Source: Akkermansia sp. (GTDB lineage: Bacteria > Verrucomicrobiota > Verrucomicrobiia > Limisphaerales > SIBH01). Taken from it: DNA of 62,059 nucleotides. The translations under genes were made by a program, and so were the position numbers. Shown in pieces: positions 1 to 7,596 of this stretch; the first letter of the stretch is position 1, and the number at the start of each line of letters is the position of its first letter. The notes beneath the pieces were generated by a model. The model was given only the letters and a program-made list of their open reading frames with translations, was not told the DNA's origin and did not search any database. The stretch covers positions 1-62,059 of the forward strand of contig JAYVNY010000111.1 of assembly GCA_043758205.1 (NCBI GenBank). Reading direction: 5' to 3'.

Positions 1-196
1 GACGCCTGGGCGCGCGCAGAGTCTGCGCGGTGACCATGAAGAGCTGCTTCTCGCCGGTCTTCCATGATATTTCAATAACGAGCACCAGCCTTAGCGCGCC
101 GAAGAAATCCACTCTCTTCCCGCGCGCGGGGAGGATGCCCGAAATGGCCGGAAGGCCACCTCCGAAATCTTGCAGGGAGATTTGCACTGAGGATCG

Positions 197-1144
197 CTAT
201 GGCACCAGCCGCGCGCGGAAGAAGCGCACCGGCGGATTCGTCGCGCTCTGGCTGTATTGCAACAGGCCACCGCTGGCCGTGTTCGTGGTCAGCGAAATCC
301 ACGCGCTCAGATCGAGGCTGCCTTCGATGGCGTAGCGCAAACCGTTCTGCGCGGGAAACCACACTTGCACCGTGTTTGACGACAAGAGCGAGTAGGCCAG
401 CAGCGGCGGCGGCGGGGTGGGGGAGAAGAAGCCGTCGCCGCGCAGTTGCAAGTTGAAGCCGATGTCGGAACTACTGCCGTCCACCTGATGCACCTCGGCC
501 GCGATCCAGTTCGTGCCAGTCTGGAGCAGCGCGGAACTCACGTTGAACGGATAGAAAATCTGCTCGTTCGCCGCGTTCGTTGCGCGGGTGGAATACGTGA
601 CCGCACCCGCTGCGATGTTGTCGCGCGCAACTTCTGAGCCATTGAGATACACGACCATGCCGTCGTCGCGCACCACGCTCACGACGAGGTTTGTGGGGGT
701 GTAATTCGCCGGCAGCACAAACGATTTGCGGAAGTAGTAGGTGATGACCGGCTGGCCCGCGAGCAGCGTCACTTCGCCGTCGCCGCCGAAGCCGAGGCGC
801 GCGAGTCCGTTGCTCCAAGTCGAGTCGTTGAAGGTATTGGCACGCCAGGCCACGCCCTGGTCCACGCCCTTGTCGTGATAGCGCCACAGGCTGTTGCTGG
901 TCACGAGCAGGGCGGGGTTCAAGACCATGAGCGAAACCGTCGCGGGCGCGGACCACGCGCCGCCGTCGTTGACGCGGAAAGTGAAGCTGTCCGCGCCGAT
1001 GAAATTCGCGTTGGGCGTGTAAGTGACACACGGCGGCGTGCCGCTCAACCAACCGCTCGCGGGCGAGGCCACAATCTGGAAGGCAAGCGGGTCGTTTTCG
1101 AGATCGCTGCCGTCAGCACCAGTTCCTTCGGCGTGTTGATCCAC
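197..1144 (-). CDS. C-terminal ORF fragment of the frameshifted adhesin-like gene (cadherin/Ig-like repeat plus C-terminal beta-sandwich domain)
   Basis: This is a 315-aa ORF. GSDLENDPLAFQIVASPASGWLSG...YTPNANFIGADSFTFRVNDGG is typical of bacterial cadherin/VCBS-like repeats. The listed Met is only the first start codon after the frameshift. Confidence 0.6.
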   Translation of the reverse strand: MDQHAEGTGADGSDLENDPLAFQIVASPASGWLSGTPPCVTYTPNANFIGADSFTFRVNDGGAWSAPATVSLMVLNPALLVTSNSLWRYHDKGVDQGVAWRANTFNDSTWSNGLARLGFGGDGEVTLLAGQPVITYYFRKSFVLPANYTPTNLVVSVVRDDGMVVYLNGSEVARDNIAAGAVTYSTRATNAANEQIFYPFNVSSALLQTGTNWIAAEVHQVDGSSSDIGFNLQLRGDGFFSPTPPPPLLAYSLLSSNTVQVWFPAQNGLRYAIEGSLDLSAWISLTTNTASGGLLQYSQSATNPPVRFFRARLVP

Positions 1145-1289
1145 AGCGACGCGGACTGCGCGAGCGCGGTGGGCGGAACGTGTCCGGCGTCATCATCGGC
1201 GATGATGACGGTCGGTGGCGCCGAGTCCGCAATAAACTTTCAGCGGCGCGGTGGTCGGCCCGGTGCGGCTGACGTGGAAGACGCCCGGC

Positions 1290-2381
1290 TCACGGTTCGT
1301 CTCGCTCGCATCGGGCTTGATCGCGATGACGGTCACGAAGGGAAAGTCGTCGTCGAGGATGAGCAAATTCACGGTCGTCCCCGCCGCTCGGAATGTTCAC
1401 GGTGATGTTCTCGCTGCCTTCCACCAAGCTGTCGTCCACGGGCGTGACGAGGAGTGTGATGCCAGCCTGACCGTCGGGAATCGTGACCGACGTGGGCAAG
1501 TTCGGATAGTCCACGCCGCGCGTGAGTGTGAACGCGCCGTTCGGGCCGTTCTCCCGCGCGTCGGCGGTGGCGACGAGGCTGACTTGCGCGAGCGGATTCG
1601 CGGCGATGTTCAACGTGTTCGCGCCCCCCAAGACGGAGAGAACCGAAGCCGCGGGCGTGAAGGAGTTGCCGTAGAGCAGGGGAGTGATCGTCTGCGAACC
1701 CGTCGAGAGATCGGCCAGCGCGTAGTAACCATCCGCATCGGTATAAGTGTATTTGGTGCCCACGCTGCTGTTCAGCAGCACGTACGGCACGCCGGCTCCA
1801 CCGTTCGTGACGCGGCCATACAACGTCCCGCGCGTTGGGCTGCCGATAACCACCACGAGATGCGCGCCGCCCGAACCGCCGCTCGCCGAAATGTTCGAGG
1901 TCAGCCGGTGCTCATCTTCCAGGACGCGGACGTGCGAGCCGTTGCAGAGCACGATGATCCTGCCTTCGAGTTCGATGGCCGTGGTCTTCTCGGTGATCGG
2001 TTTCTCGAAGGGCGGGTCGAGAACGGTGGTCAACCCGGAAACCGAGCAAGTTGGATCAACACTTATTCCGGACGGAATTTTCTCGCCCGCCACCAGACGC
2101 CGCACTGTCGTCGGGGCCACGGCCAGTTCGCGGTCCACCGCGATGCCGCGCGCCGCGATGTTCTTCTTCGTCATCACCGTCTCCGCCTCGCCAAAGACAT
2201 GCGCGATGTAGCTCTCGCCCTTCGCCGTCTCGAAATAACGCAGAGAGAGATCGCGGCCGTCCACGGTCGTGCCGGGCGCGGGGCGGCCCATGTACACCTT
2301 GAAATCACCGCGCGCGCTCACGGGCTTTTCGAGTTCGGCGAGAATTTCCGCAGGCAATTCCTGACGCGTGAGCGGCGGCAC
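1290..2381 (-). CDS. Central ORF fragment of the frameshifted adhesin-like gene
   Basis: This is a 363-aa ORF whose protein-like sequence continues the upstream frame (..KNLIVADP | ERALEQAVPPLTRQELPAEI..). Its last ~35 codons (after ..NITVNIPSGG) are out-of-frame read-through. Confidence 0.55.
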   Translation of the reverse strand: MPPLTRQELPAEILAELEKPVSARGDFKVYMGRPAPGTTVDGRDLSLRYFETAKGESYIAHVFGEAETVMTKKNIAARGIAVDRELAVAPTTVRRLVAGEKIPSGISVDPTCSVSGLTTVLDPPFEKPITEKTTAIELEGRIIVLCNGSHVRVLEDEHRLTSNISASGGSGGAHLVVVIGSPTRGTLYGRVTNGGAGVPYVLLNSSVGTKYTYTDADGYYALADLSTGSQTITPLLYGNSFTPAASVLSVLGGANTLNIAANPLAQVSLVATADARENGPNGAFTLTRGVDYPNLPTSVTIPDGQAGITLLVTPVDDSLVEGSENITVNIPSGGDDREFAHPRRRLSLRDRHRDQARCERDEP

Positions 2382-2755
2382 CGCCTGCTCCAGCGCGCGC
2401 TCGGGTCGGCCACGATCAAATTCTTGAACTCCTGCCGCCGCGCGCGGGCCAGTTGCACGCCACGCTCCGTCATCGTCTCCCTCTTGGTCGGCGTGACGGC
2501 GATGAACTCGGAGGTCCAGGCATTGAAGGCCACAATTTTTGCCCAGTCGTAGCGCGCCTGCGAAGGGACGATGGGCTTGCCAGTTAAACGGGTGGGAACT
2601 GATGTTGCATCTTCCCTCGCGGTTGTCGCCGTGCCATCCGCAGGCGCGACCGAAGGTGGGTTGTCACGCAGCGGCGTGCTCGCCGCACGAGCCGTGGGCG
2701 AGTCCGCGTTGGCTGGGGTGCTGACGGGCGAAGGATTCGACGGACGTCGCGCCAA
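2318..2755 (-). CDS. N-terminal ORF fragment of the frameshifted adhesin-like gene (low-complexity P/S/T/A linker after the signal anchor)
   Basis: This is a 145-aa ORF. It continues from the MKKAQLVAALAVF signal anchor if the A5 run at 2773-2777 is shortened by one base. Confidence 0.5.
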   Translation of the reverse strand: MARRPSNPSPVSTPANADSPTARAASTPLRDNPPSVAPADGTATTAREDATSVPTRLTGKPIVPSQARYDWAKIVAFNAWTSEFIAVTPTKRETMTERGVQLARARRQEFKNLIVADPSARWSRRCRRSRVRNCLRKFSPNSKSP

Positions 2756-2946
2756 CCAGATCGCGAGCAGGCAAAAAGACGGCGAGCGCCGCGACGAGTT
2801 GGGCTTTCTTCATTTTGGGCATTTTGGGTGCGGGAGATACTGACACCTCAACAGGGTCGCGGGCAAATGGTTCTCAGGCGGCAATCGTCTTGTGGTCCGT
2901 TCATTTTCTCATTTCGCTTTTCGCAATTGATGGTTTCATCGCGTCC

Positions 2947-4989
2947 ATGCGTTCCACCCTTTGGCTGTGCGGGTTGTTGTCCACGCTCGTTTTGTTCGCC
3001 GATGGTCCGGCGGACAACGTGGTCGAGAAAGTCCGTCCTGTGCCGCCGCCGGGCGCGAAGATTTCTCCCGAGGTGCGCGCGGAATTGCTCGATGGAGCCG
3101 GCGCGCTCGCCGCCGAGATCGAAAAGCTGCGCGGCGAGTTCAAAGGCAAATCCAACGTGCTCGCACTGCTGCCGGACATCCAAATCTTCGAGAAGGCCGT
3201 GCGCTGGGCGGTGCAATACGACGAGATTTTTAATCCCACGAATGAAGTCCGGGACGCGCGCACCTTACTCAAGCAAGGGATGGAGCGCGTGGTGCAGTTG
3301 CGCGAGGGGAAGCCCGCGTGGGTCTCGGCCACGGGACTTGTCGTGCGCGGCTACGTGTCGGCGCTGGATGGCTCGGTGCAACCGTACGGACTGGTCGTGC
3401 CAGCGAGCTACACGCCAAATTCGGCGCACGCGTGGCGGCTGGATTTCTGGTTTCATGGACGCGGCGAGACCTTGAGCGAACTGAGCTTTCTCTCTGGACG
3501 CATGAAATCCAATGGCGACTTCACGCCGCGCAACGCCATCGTCTTGCACACCTACAGCCGCTTCTGCAATGGCCAGAAACTCGTGGGCGAGAGCGACGTC
3601 TTCGAGGCGCTGGCGGATGTGCAGAAGCGTTACGCCATTGATGAGAACCGGATCGTCATTCGCGGCTTCTCGCTCGGTGGCGCGGCGGCGTGGCACATCG
3701 CGGCGCATTATCCGGGACGTTGGGCGGCGGCGGCGCCGGGCGCGGGCTTTTCCGAGACGGCGGATTTTCTGAAAGTTTTCCAGAACGAAAAAGTTCAACC
3801 CACTTGGTACGAGCAAGCCCTCTGGCATCAGTACGACGCCACGGACTACGCGCTGAATTTTTTCAACCTCCCGCTCGTGGCTTACAGCGGTGAGATCGAC
3901 GGACAGAAGCAGGCCGCCGACATGATGGCGAAAGCGATGCGCGCCGAAGGACTGGAACTCACGCACATCATCGGGCCGGGGACGAAGCACGCGTATCATC
4001 CGGTGGCGAAGCAGGAGGTCAGCCGGCGCATTGACCGCATCGTGGAAGCGGGGCGCGATCCGTTGCCGAAGGAGATTCGCTTCACGACCTGGACGCTGCG
4101 CTACAACAATTCCGCGTGGCTGACTGTGGACGCGCTGGAGCAGCACTGGAAGCGGGCGCGGGTGAGCGCGTCCATTCTCGGGGGCAACACTGTGCGCATT
4201 GACGCGGAGAACGTAGCGGCGTTGAGTCTCGCGATGCCGTCGGGTCTCGCGCCCTTCGATCCGCGCGAAGCGGTGAAGGTGATTCTCAACGGCAAGGAAG
4301 TCGCGGGGCCGAAGCCGGGTTCGGATCGTTCGTGGGAGGCGAAGTTCAATTTGGCCAATGGTCAATGGCTGGCCGGGGCCTTGCCGGAAAACACCTTGCG
4401 CAAACGCCACGCGCTGCAAGGCCCGATTGATGACGCCTTCATGAGTAGTTTCCTCGTGGTGCGTCCGACGGGAAAATCCTCCAACGAAAAAGTCAGCGCG
4501 TGGGTGGCGGGCGAGATGGCGCACTTCACGAACGAATGGCGGCGGCATTTTCGCGGCGACGCGCGTGTGAAGGACGACACGGCGGTGACGACCAACGACA
4601 TCGCGGCGCACAGCTTGATTCTCTGGGGCGACGCGGAGAGCAATCAGTTGCTCGCAAAGTTGCAGAACCAGTTGCCCGTGCAATGGAGGGCGCAAAACGT
4701 GACCGTGGGCGCGAAAACTTATCCGTCGGTGAACCATGTGCCGTTGCTGATTCATCCAAACCCGCTGAACCCGGCGCGCTACGTGGTGCTGAACAGCGGC
4801 TTCACCTTCCGCGAATACGACTACCTGAACAACGCGCGCCAGGTGCCGAAGCTCCCCGACTGGGCCGTGGTGGACGTGAACACGCCGCCGAATTCACAGT
4901 GGCCTGGCAAGGTGGTGGACGCCGGGTTCTTCGGCGAACGGTGGGAGATGGTTGAAACTTCCAAAGTCCAAGCTTCAAATCCTAAATAA
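2947..4989 (+). CDS. Secreted alpha/beta-hydrolase, prolyl-oligopeptidase (S9)-like serine peptidase/esterase
   Basis: The listed ORF is 2815-4989. An internal ATG at 2947 gives a signal-peptide-like MRSTLWLCGLLSTLVLFA. A GFSLGG nucleophile elbow sits in an alpha/beta-hydrolase context. The last ~10 codons overlap a dispersed repeat. Confidence 0.75.
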   Translation: MRSTLWLCGLLSTLVLFADGPADNVVEKVRPVPPPGAKISPEVRAELLDGAGALAAEIEKLRGEFKGKSNVLALLPDIQIFEKAVRWAVQYDEIFNPTNEVRDARTLLKQGMERVVQLREGKPAWVSATGLVVRGYVSALDGSVQPYGLVVPASYTPNSAHAWRLDFWFHGRGETLSELSFLSGRMKSNGDFTPRNAIVLHTYSRFCNGQKLVGESDVFEALADVQKRYAIDENRIVIRGFSLGGAAAWHIAAHYPGRWAAAAPGAGFSETADFLKVFQNEKVQPTWYEQALWHQYDATDYALNFFNLPLVAYSGEIDGQKQAADMMAKAMRAEGLELTHIIGPGTKHAYHPVAKQEVSRRIDRIVEAGRDPLPKEIRFTTWTLRYNNSAWLTVDALEQHWKRARVSASILGGNTVRIDAENVAALSLAMPSGLAPFDPREAVKVILNGKEVAGPKPGSDRSWEAKFNLANGQWLAGALPENTLRKRHALQGPIDDAFMSSFLVVRPTGKSSNEKVSAWVAGEMAHFTNEWRRHFRGDARVKDDTAVTTNDIAAHSLILWGDAESNQLLAKLQNQLPVQWRAQNVTVGAKTYPSVNHVPLLIHPNPLNPARYVVLNSGFTFREYDYLNNARQVPKLPDWAVVDVNTPPNSQWPGKVVDAGFFGERWEMVETSKVQASNPK

Positions 4990-5068
4990 ATTCCCACGCA
5001 CAAAACTCCACTAAACCGTGGTCGTAACGGATGCTGAAGGCGCATAAGGGCGGCTGAAAAACTTCGTT

Positions 5069-5177
5069 GCTGGTAGGGCGTCGTCGGTCCGCGCGCGCCG
5101 GGCTGCGACTCGACGAACATTCACGAACTTGCTTGCGCCTCACTCCGGCGCGCGCGGAGCGACGACGCCCTACCAGC
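5069..5177. repeat. Palindromic element with 33-nt near-perfect inverted arms (gctggtagggcgtcgtcg.tccgcgcgcgccgg) around a ~43-nt loop
   Basis: Arm 5069-5101 is the reverse complement of arm 5145-5177 with one mismatch. A half-copy occurs at 47175-47208. Confidence 0.85.
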
Positions 5178-5194
5178 GTAGGTGCAATCGGAGA

Positions 5195-5755
5195 TCAAAC
5201 TGTCAGGATTTCTTTCTCCTTCGCCATGAGGTGCGAATCAATTTTGCCAATGTAGGCGTCGGTGAGCTTTTGCACTTCGGCGTTCGCGTTCTCCACGTCT
5301 TCTTCGGAGACGCCGCCGTTTTTCGATTCCTTCTTTATGCCTTCCATCGCGTCGCGGCGGACGTGGCGGATGGCCACGCGGCCGTCCTCGGACATCTTGC
5401 GCGCGATCTTCACCATCTCCTGACGACGCTCGGTGCTGAGGTCGGGCAGGACGATGCGGATGAGTTTGCCCTGCACGGTGGGATTGATGCCGATGTTGGC
5501 CTTCTGAATCGCCTTCTCGATGGCTCCCGTGGTGCTGGCGTCCCAAGGCTGGATGAGAATCATGCGCGACTCGGGCGTAGTGATGCCGGCCAGTTCGCGG
5601 ATGCGCGAGTGCGTGCCATAAACCTCGACCATGATGTTTTCGACGAGGGCAGGGGAGGCCTTGCCCGTGCGCACGCCGGAAAATTCCTGATGCACGACCT
5701 GCTCGGTCTTTTCCATCTTCTCTTCCGCTTCCAGTAAAATGTCGTCGAGTGCCAT
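5195..5755 (-). CDS. frr: Ribosome recycling factor
   Basis: The 186-aa product MALDDILLEAEEKMEKTEQVV...RRDAMEGIKK...AEVQKLTDAYIGKID reads as full-length RRF. The ORF-track entry 5195-6235 is over-extended through a repeat. The ATG is at 5755. Confidence 0.95.
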   Translation of the reverse strand: MALDDILLEAEEKMEKTEQVVHQEFSGVRTGKASPALVENIMVEVYGTHSRIRELAGITTPESRMILIQPWDASTTGAIEKAIQKANIGINPTVQGKLIRIVLPDLSTERRQEMVKIARKMSEDGRVAIRHVRRDAMEGIKKESKNGGVSEEDVENANAEVQKLTDAYIGKIDSHLMAKEKEILTV

Positions 5756-5814
5756 AAGTGAGGCGGAGGCTAGTGGGGAAACGGCGTCGGGCAAAGAGGA
5801 AATCTGGCGCGAAC

Positions 5815-5918
5815 CGCGAGGTTGAAAACCTCGCAACCTGCCGCCAGGAATGTCGGCGTTACGGCGTAGCGCCGGCTTTCCAGCCGGCAGTGAACGAGAC
5901 TTTCCGGTCTCGTGTTTC
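5815..5918. repeat. REP/MITE-like element, family A copy 1 (hairpin, conserved ~55-nt core, hairpin)
   Basis: The core caacctgccgccaggaatgtcggcgttacggcgtagcgccggctttccagccggcag recurs at 21205-21313 in the same orientation and at 26284-26383 inverted. Confidence 0.85.
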
Positions 5919-5975
5919 ATGCCGCTTGTGCCTGGGGCCGCTAAATTTTCCCGCCTGCCTGCCGATATTTCGCCC

Positions 5976-6763
5976 GTGAACGTTGTGCAGCCCATATTGA
6001 AAACGGAGAACCTTCGCGTGGAGTTCCGCTCGAAGGACGTGCCCGACGGCGTGAAAGTCGCGCTCCAGGGTTTGAATCTCTCGGTCTTTCCCGGCGAGGT
6101 TTTTGGCTTTCTCGGACCGAACGGCGCGGGCAAGACCACCACGATGAATGTCCTGCTCGGCTTCGTGAACGCCACGCGCGGCGATGCTTTCCTCTTCGGC
6201 CAGAACGTGCGTGAACCCGTCGCGCGCCAGCGCATCGGCTACCTGCCGGAGCTGACTTACTACTACAAATTTCTGACCGCCGAGGAGTTGCTGCGATTCT
6301 ATGCGCGCATTTTCAAAATTCCGAAGCCCGAGCGTGAAAAGCGCATTGATGCCGTGCTGAAGCTGGTGGAACTCGATCACGCCCGCAAGCGGCAGATCAA
6401 AACATACTCGAAGGGAATGCAGCAGCGCGCAGGTCTCGCGCAGGCGTTGATCAATAATCCCGACCTGTTGATCCTCGATGAGCCGACGAGCGGCTCGTTC
6501 CGATTGGCCGCATGAAGGTGCGCGAGATTATCCAGCGCCTGAAGAACGAGGGCAAAACCGTATTCTTCTCGTCGCACGAACTCGGCGAGGTCGAGACGAT
6601 TTGCGACCGCGTGGCGATTCTCCATCAAGGCGAGTTGAAGCGCGAAGGCCGCGTCGCGGACATTGTGCGGGAATACAACTGCGACCTGGAGCAAGCCTTC
6701 ATGCGCATCATCGGCTTCACGCCACAGACCGCCGAAAACGCACCTCAATCCAAAGCCGCATGA
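5976..6763 (+). CDS. ABC transporter ATP-binding protein (NosF/CcmA-like, ABC-2 type) carrying a 1-nt frameshift after the Walker B motif
   Basis: Seen: Walker A GPNGAGKTT, signature YSKGMQQR and Walker B LLILDEPTSG. The frame breaks at 6492-6494 and continues as (L)VPIGRMKVREIIQRLKNEGKTVFFSSHELGEVE in ORF 6512-6763. The start is GTG 5976 or 5985. Confidence 0.8.
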
Positions 6764-6803
6764 ATTTTTGTGACTTCTGCCTTCTGATTTCTGACTTCTC
6801 TCT

Positions 6804-7586
6804 ATGAACACCGTCCACGCCATCGCCATCGTCGTGCTCAAGGAGATGATCCGGCGCAAAGATTTTTACGTCCTGTTCATCCTCACCGCGCTCATCACGC
6901 TGCTGATGGGGTCAATCAACATCTTCAATGACGCCAGCATCGCGGGCTATCTCAAGGAACTCGCGCTGCTGCTGGTCTGGATCAGTTCGCTGGTCATGGC
7001 CATCACGACCACCGCGCGGCAACTGCACGCGGAGAAAGAACTGCGGACGATTTTCCCGCTGCTCGCCAAGCCTGTTTCGCGTGCCCAACTGCTGATTGGA
7101 AAATTTGCCGGCTGCTGGATCGCCTGTGGTCTGTCACTGTTCGTGTTTTACCTGTTCCTCGGCATCGTGGCCGCTTCGCGCGAACACACGCTGGACGTGG
7201 GCGCTTACACGGTGGCGTTTCTCCTGCACTGGGGCGCGCTGGCCGTGGTGGTGGCGATGGCGCTGCTGGGCTCGGTGGTGTTCGCCGCGCCGTCGTCGAA
7301 CGGGACGATTTGCTTCATCGTGGCGGTGGGAATTCTTTTCCTCGCGCGGCATTTGAACACGGTGGCGCTGCACCTCGACGGGGTGATGGGGAAAGTCACC
7401 TACGCGATTTACTATCTGCTGCCGCGGCTGGACTGGGCGTTCAGCGTGCGTCAGTTCCTGATCTTTCGCGACCCGATGCCGGGCTTCGCGGTGTGGGCGC
7501 AGGCGCTGGTGTTTTACGGCGGCTACTCGGCGCTGTTGATTCTCGCGGCGTGGCTGTTGTTCCGCCGCCGTGCGTTGACCACGTAA
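6804..7586 (+). CDS. ABC-2 family permease (NosY/COG1277-like)
   Basis: The product is 260 aa with about 6 hydrophobic helices. The motif EKELRTIFPLLAKPVSRAQLLIGKF is typical of NosY-like ABC-2 permeases. It lies directly downstream of the ATPase. Confidence 0.8.
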   Translation: MNTVHAIAIVVLKEMIRRKDFYVLFILTALITLLMGSINIFNDASIAGYLKELALLLVWISSLVMAITTTARQLHAEKELRTIFPLLAKPVSRAQLLIGKFAGCWIACGLSLFVFYLFLGIVAASREHTLDVGAYTVAFLLHWGALAVVVAMALLGSVVFAAPSSNGTICFIVAVGILFLARHLNTVALHLDGVMGKVTYAIYYLLPRLDWAFSVRQFLIFRDPMPGFAVWAQALVFYGGYSALLILAAWLLFRRRALTT

Positions 7587-7596
7587 TTTCCCGAAC

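Larger units (their letters stand above)
197..2822 (-). pseudogene. Large secreted adhesin-like surface protein, interrupted by five 1-nt frameshifts. Parts seen: signal anchor, Calx-beta-like module ending ILDDD, cadherin/Ig-like repeat, and a C-terminal beta-sandwich ending RFFRARLVP.
   Basis: On the minus strand, the listed pieces 2664-2846, 2318-2755, 1290-2381 and 197-1144, plus two unlisted pieces (about 1236-1378 and 1112-1234), join into one sensible protein. Joining requires changing one base at each of five short homopolymers: 2773-2777, 2403-2405, 1379-1382, 1234-1236 and 1110-1111. The likely start is MPKMKKAQLVAALAVF at 2822 or 2813. Confidence 0.6.

Noticed and set aside
1-112. 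Possible 5' end of a leftward gene (MVTAQTLRAPRR.. from ATG 37, or MDFFGALRL.. from GTG 112)
   Set aside because: Only 12-37 codons are in the window, codon usage near 60-90 is atypical, and no motif is present. This is too little to support a call.
197-2822. Phase variation as the cause of the five frameshifts
   Set aside because: The tracts are only 2-5 nt long, far below the lengths that slip at useful rates. Five simultaneous off states are also implausible for a contingency locus.
3265-4755. Long antisense ORFs: 3265-4755 (-), 14955-16916 (+), 21118-22140 (-), 39093-40520 (-), 41870-43054 (-), 44285-45658 (-), 46015-47118 (-), 48285-49415 (-), 49889-51268 (-), 59826-60590 (+) and 60981-61829 (+)
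   Set aside because: Each lies opposite a gene with clear family motifs. Their translations are Arg/Ala/Gly/His-rich low-complexity strings, as expected of shadow frames in high-GC DNA.
5756-6235. N-terminal 160-codon extension of the frr ORF
   Set aside because: The extension translates a family A repeat and the antisense of the ABC ATPase gene. RRF is complete from the ATG at 5755.
6480-6520. Programmed ribosomal frameshift in the ABC ATPase
   Set aside because: There is no slippery heptamer, no internal SD-like stimulator and no downstream structure. The break falls in a conserved motif, which fits an indel better.
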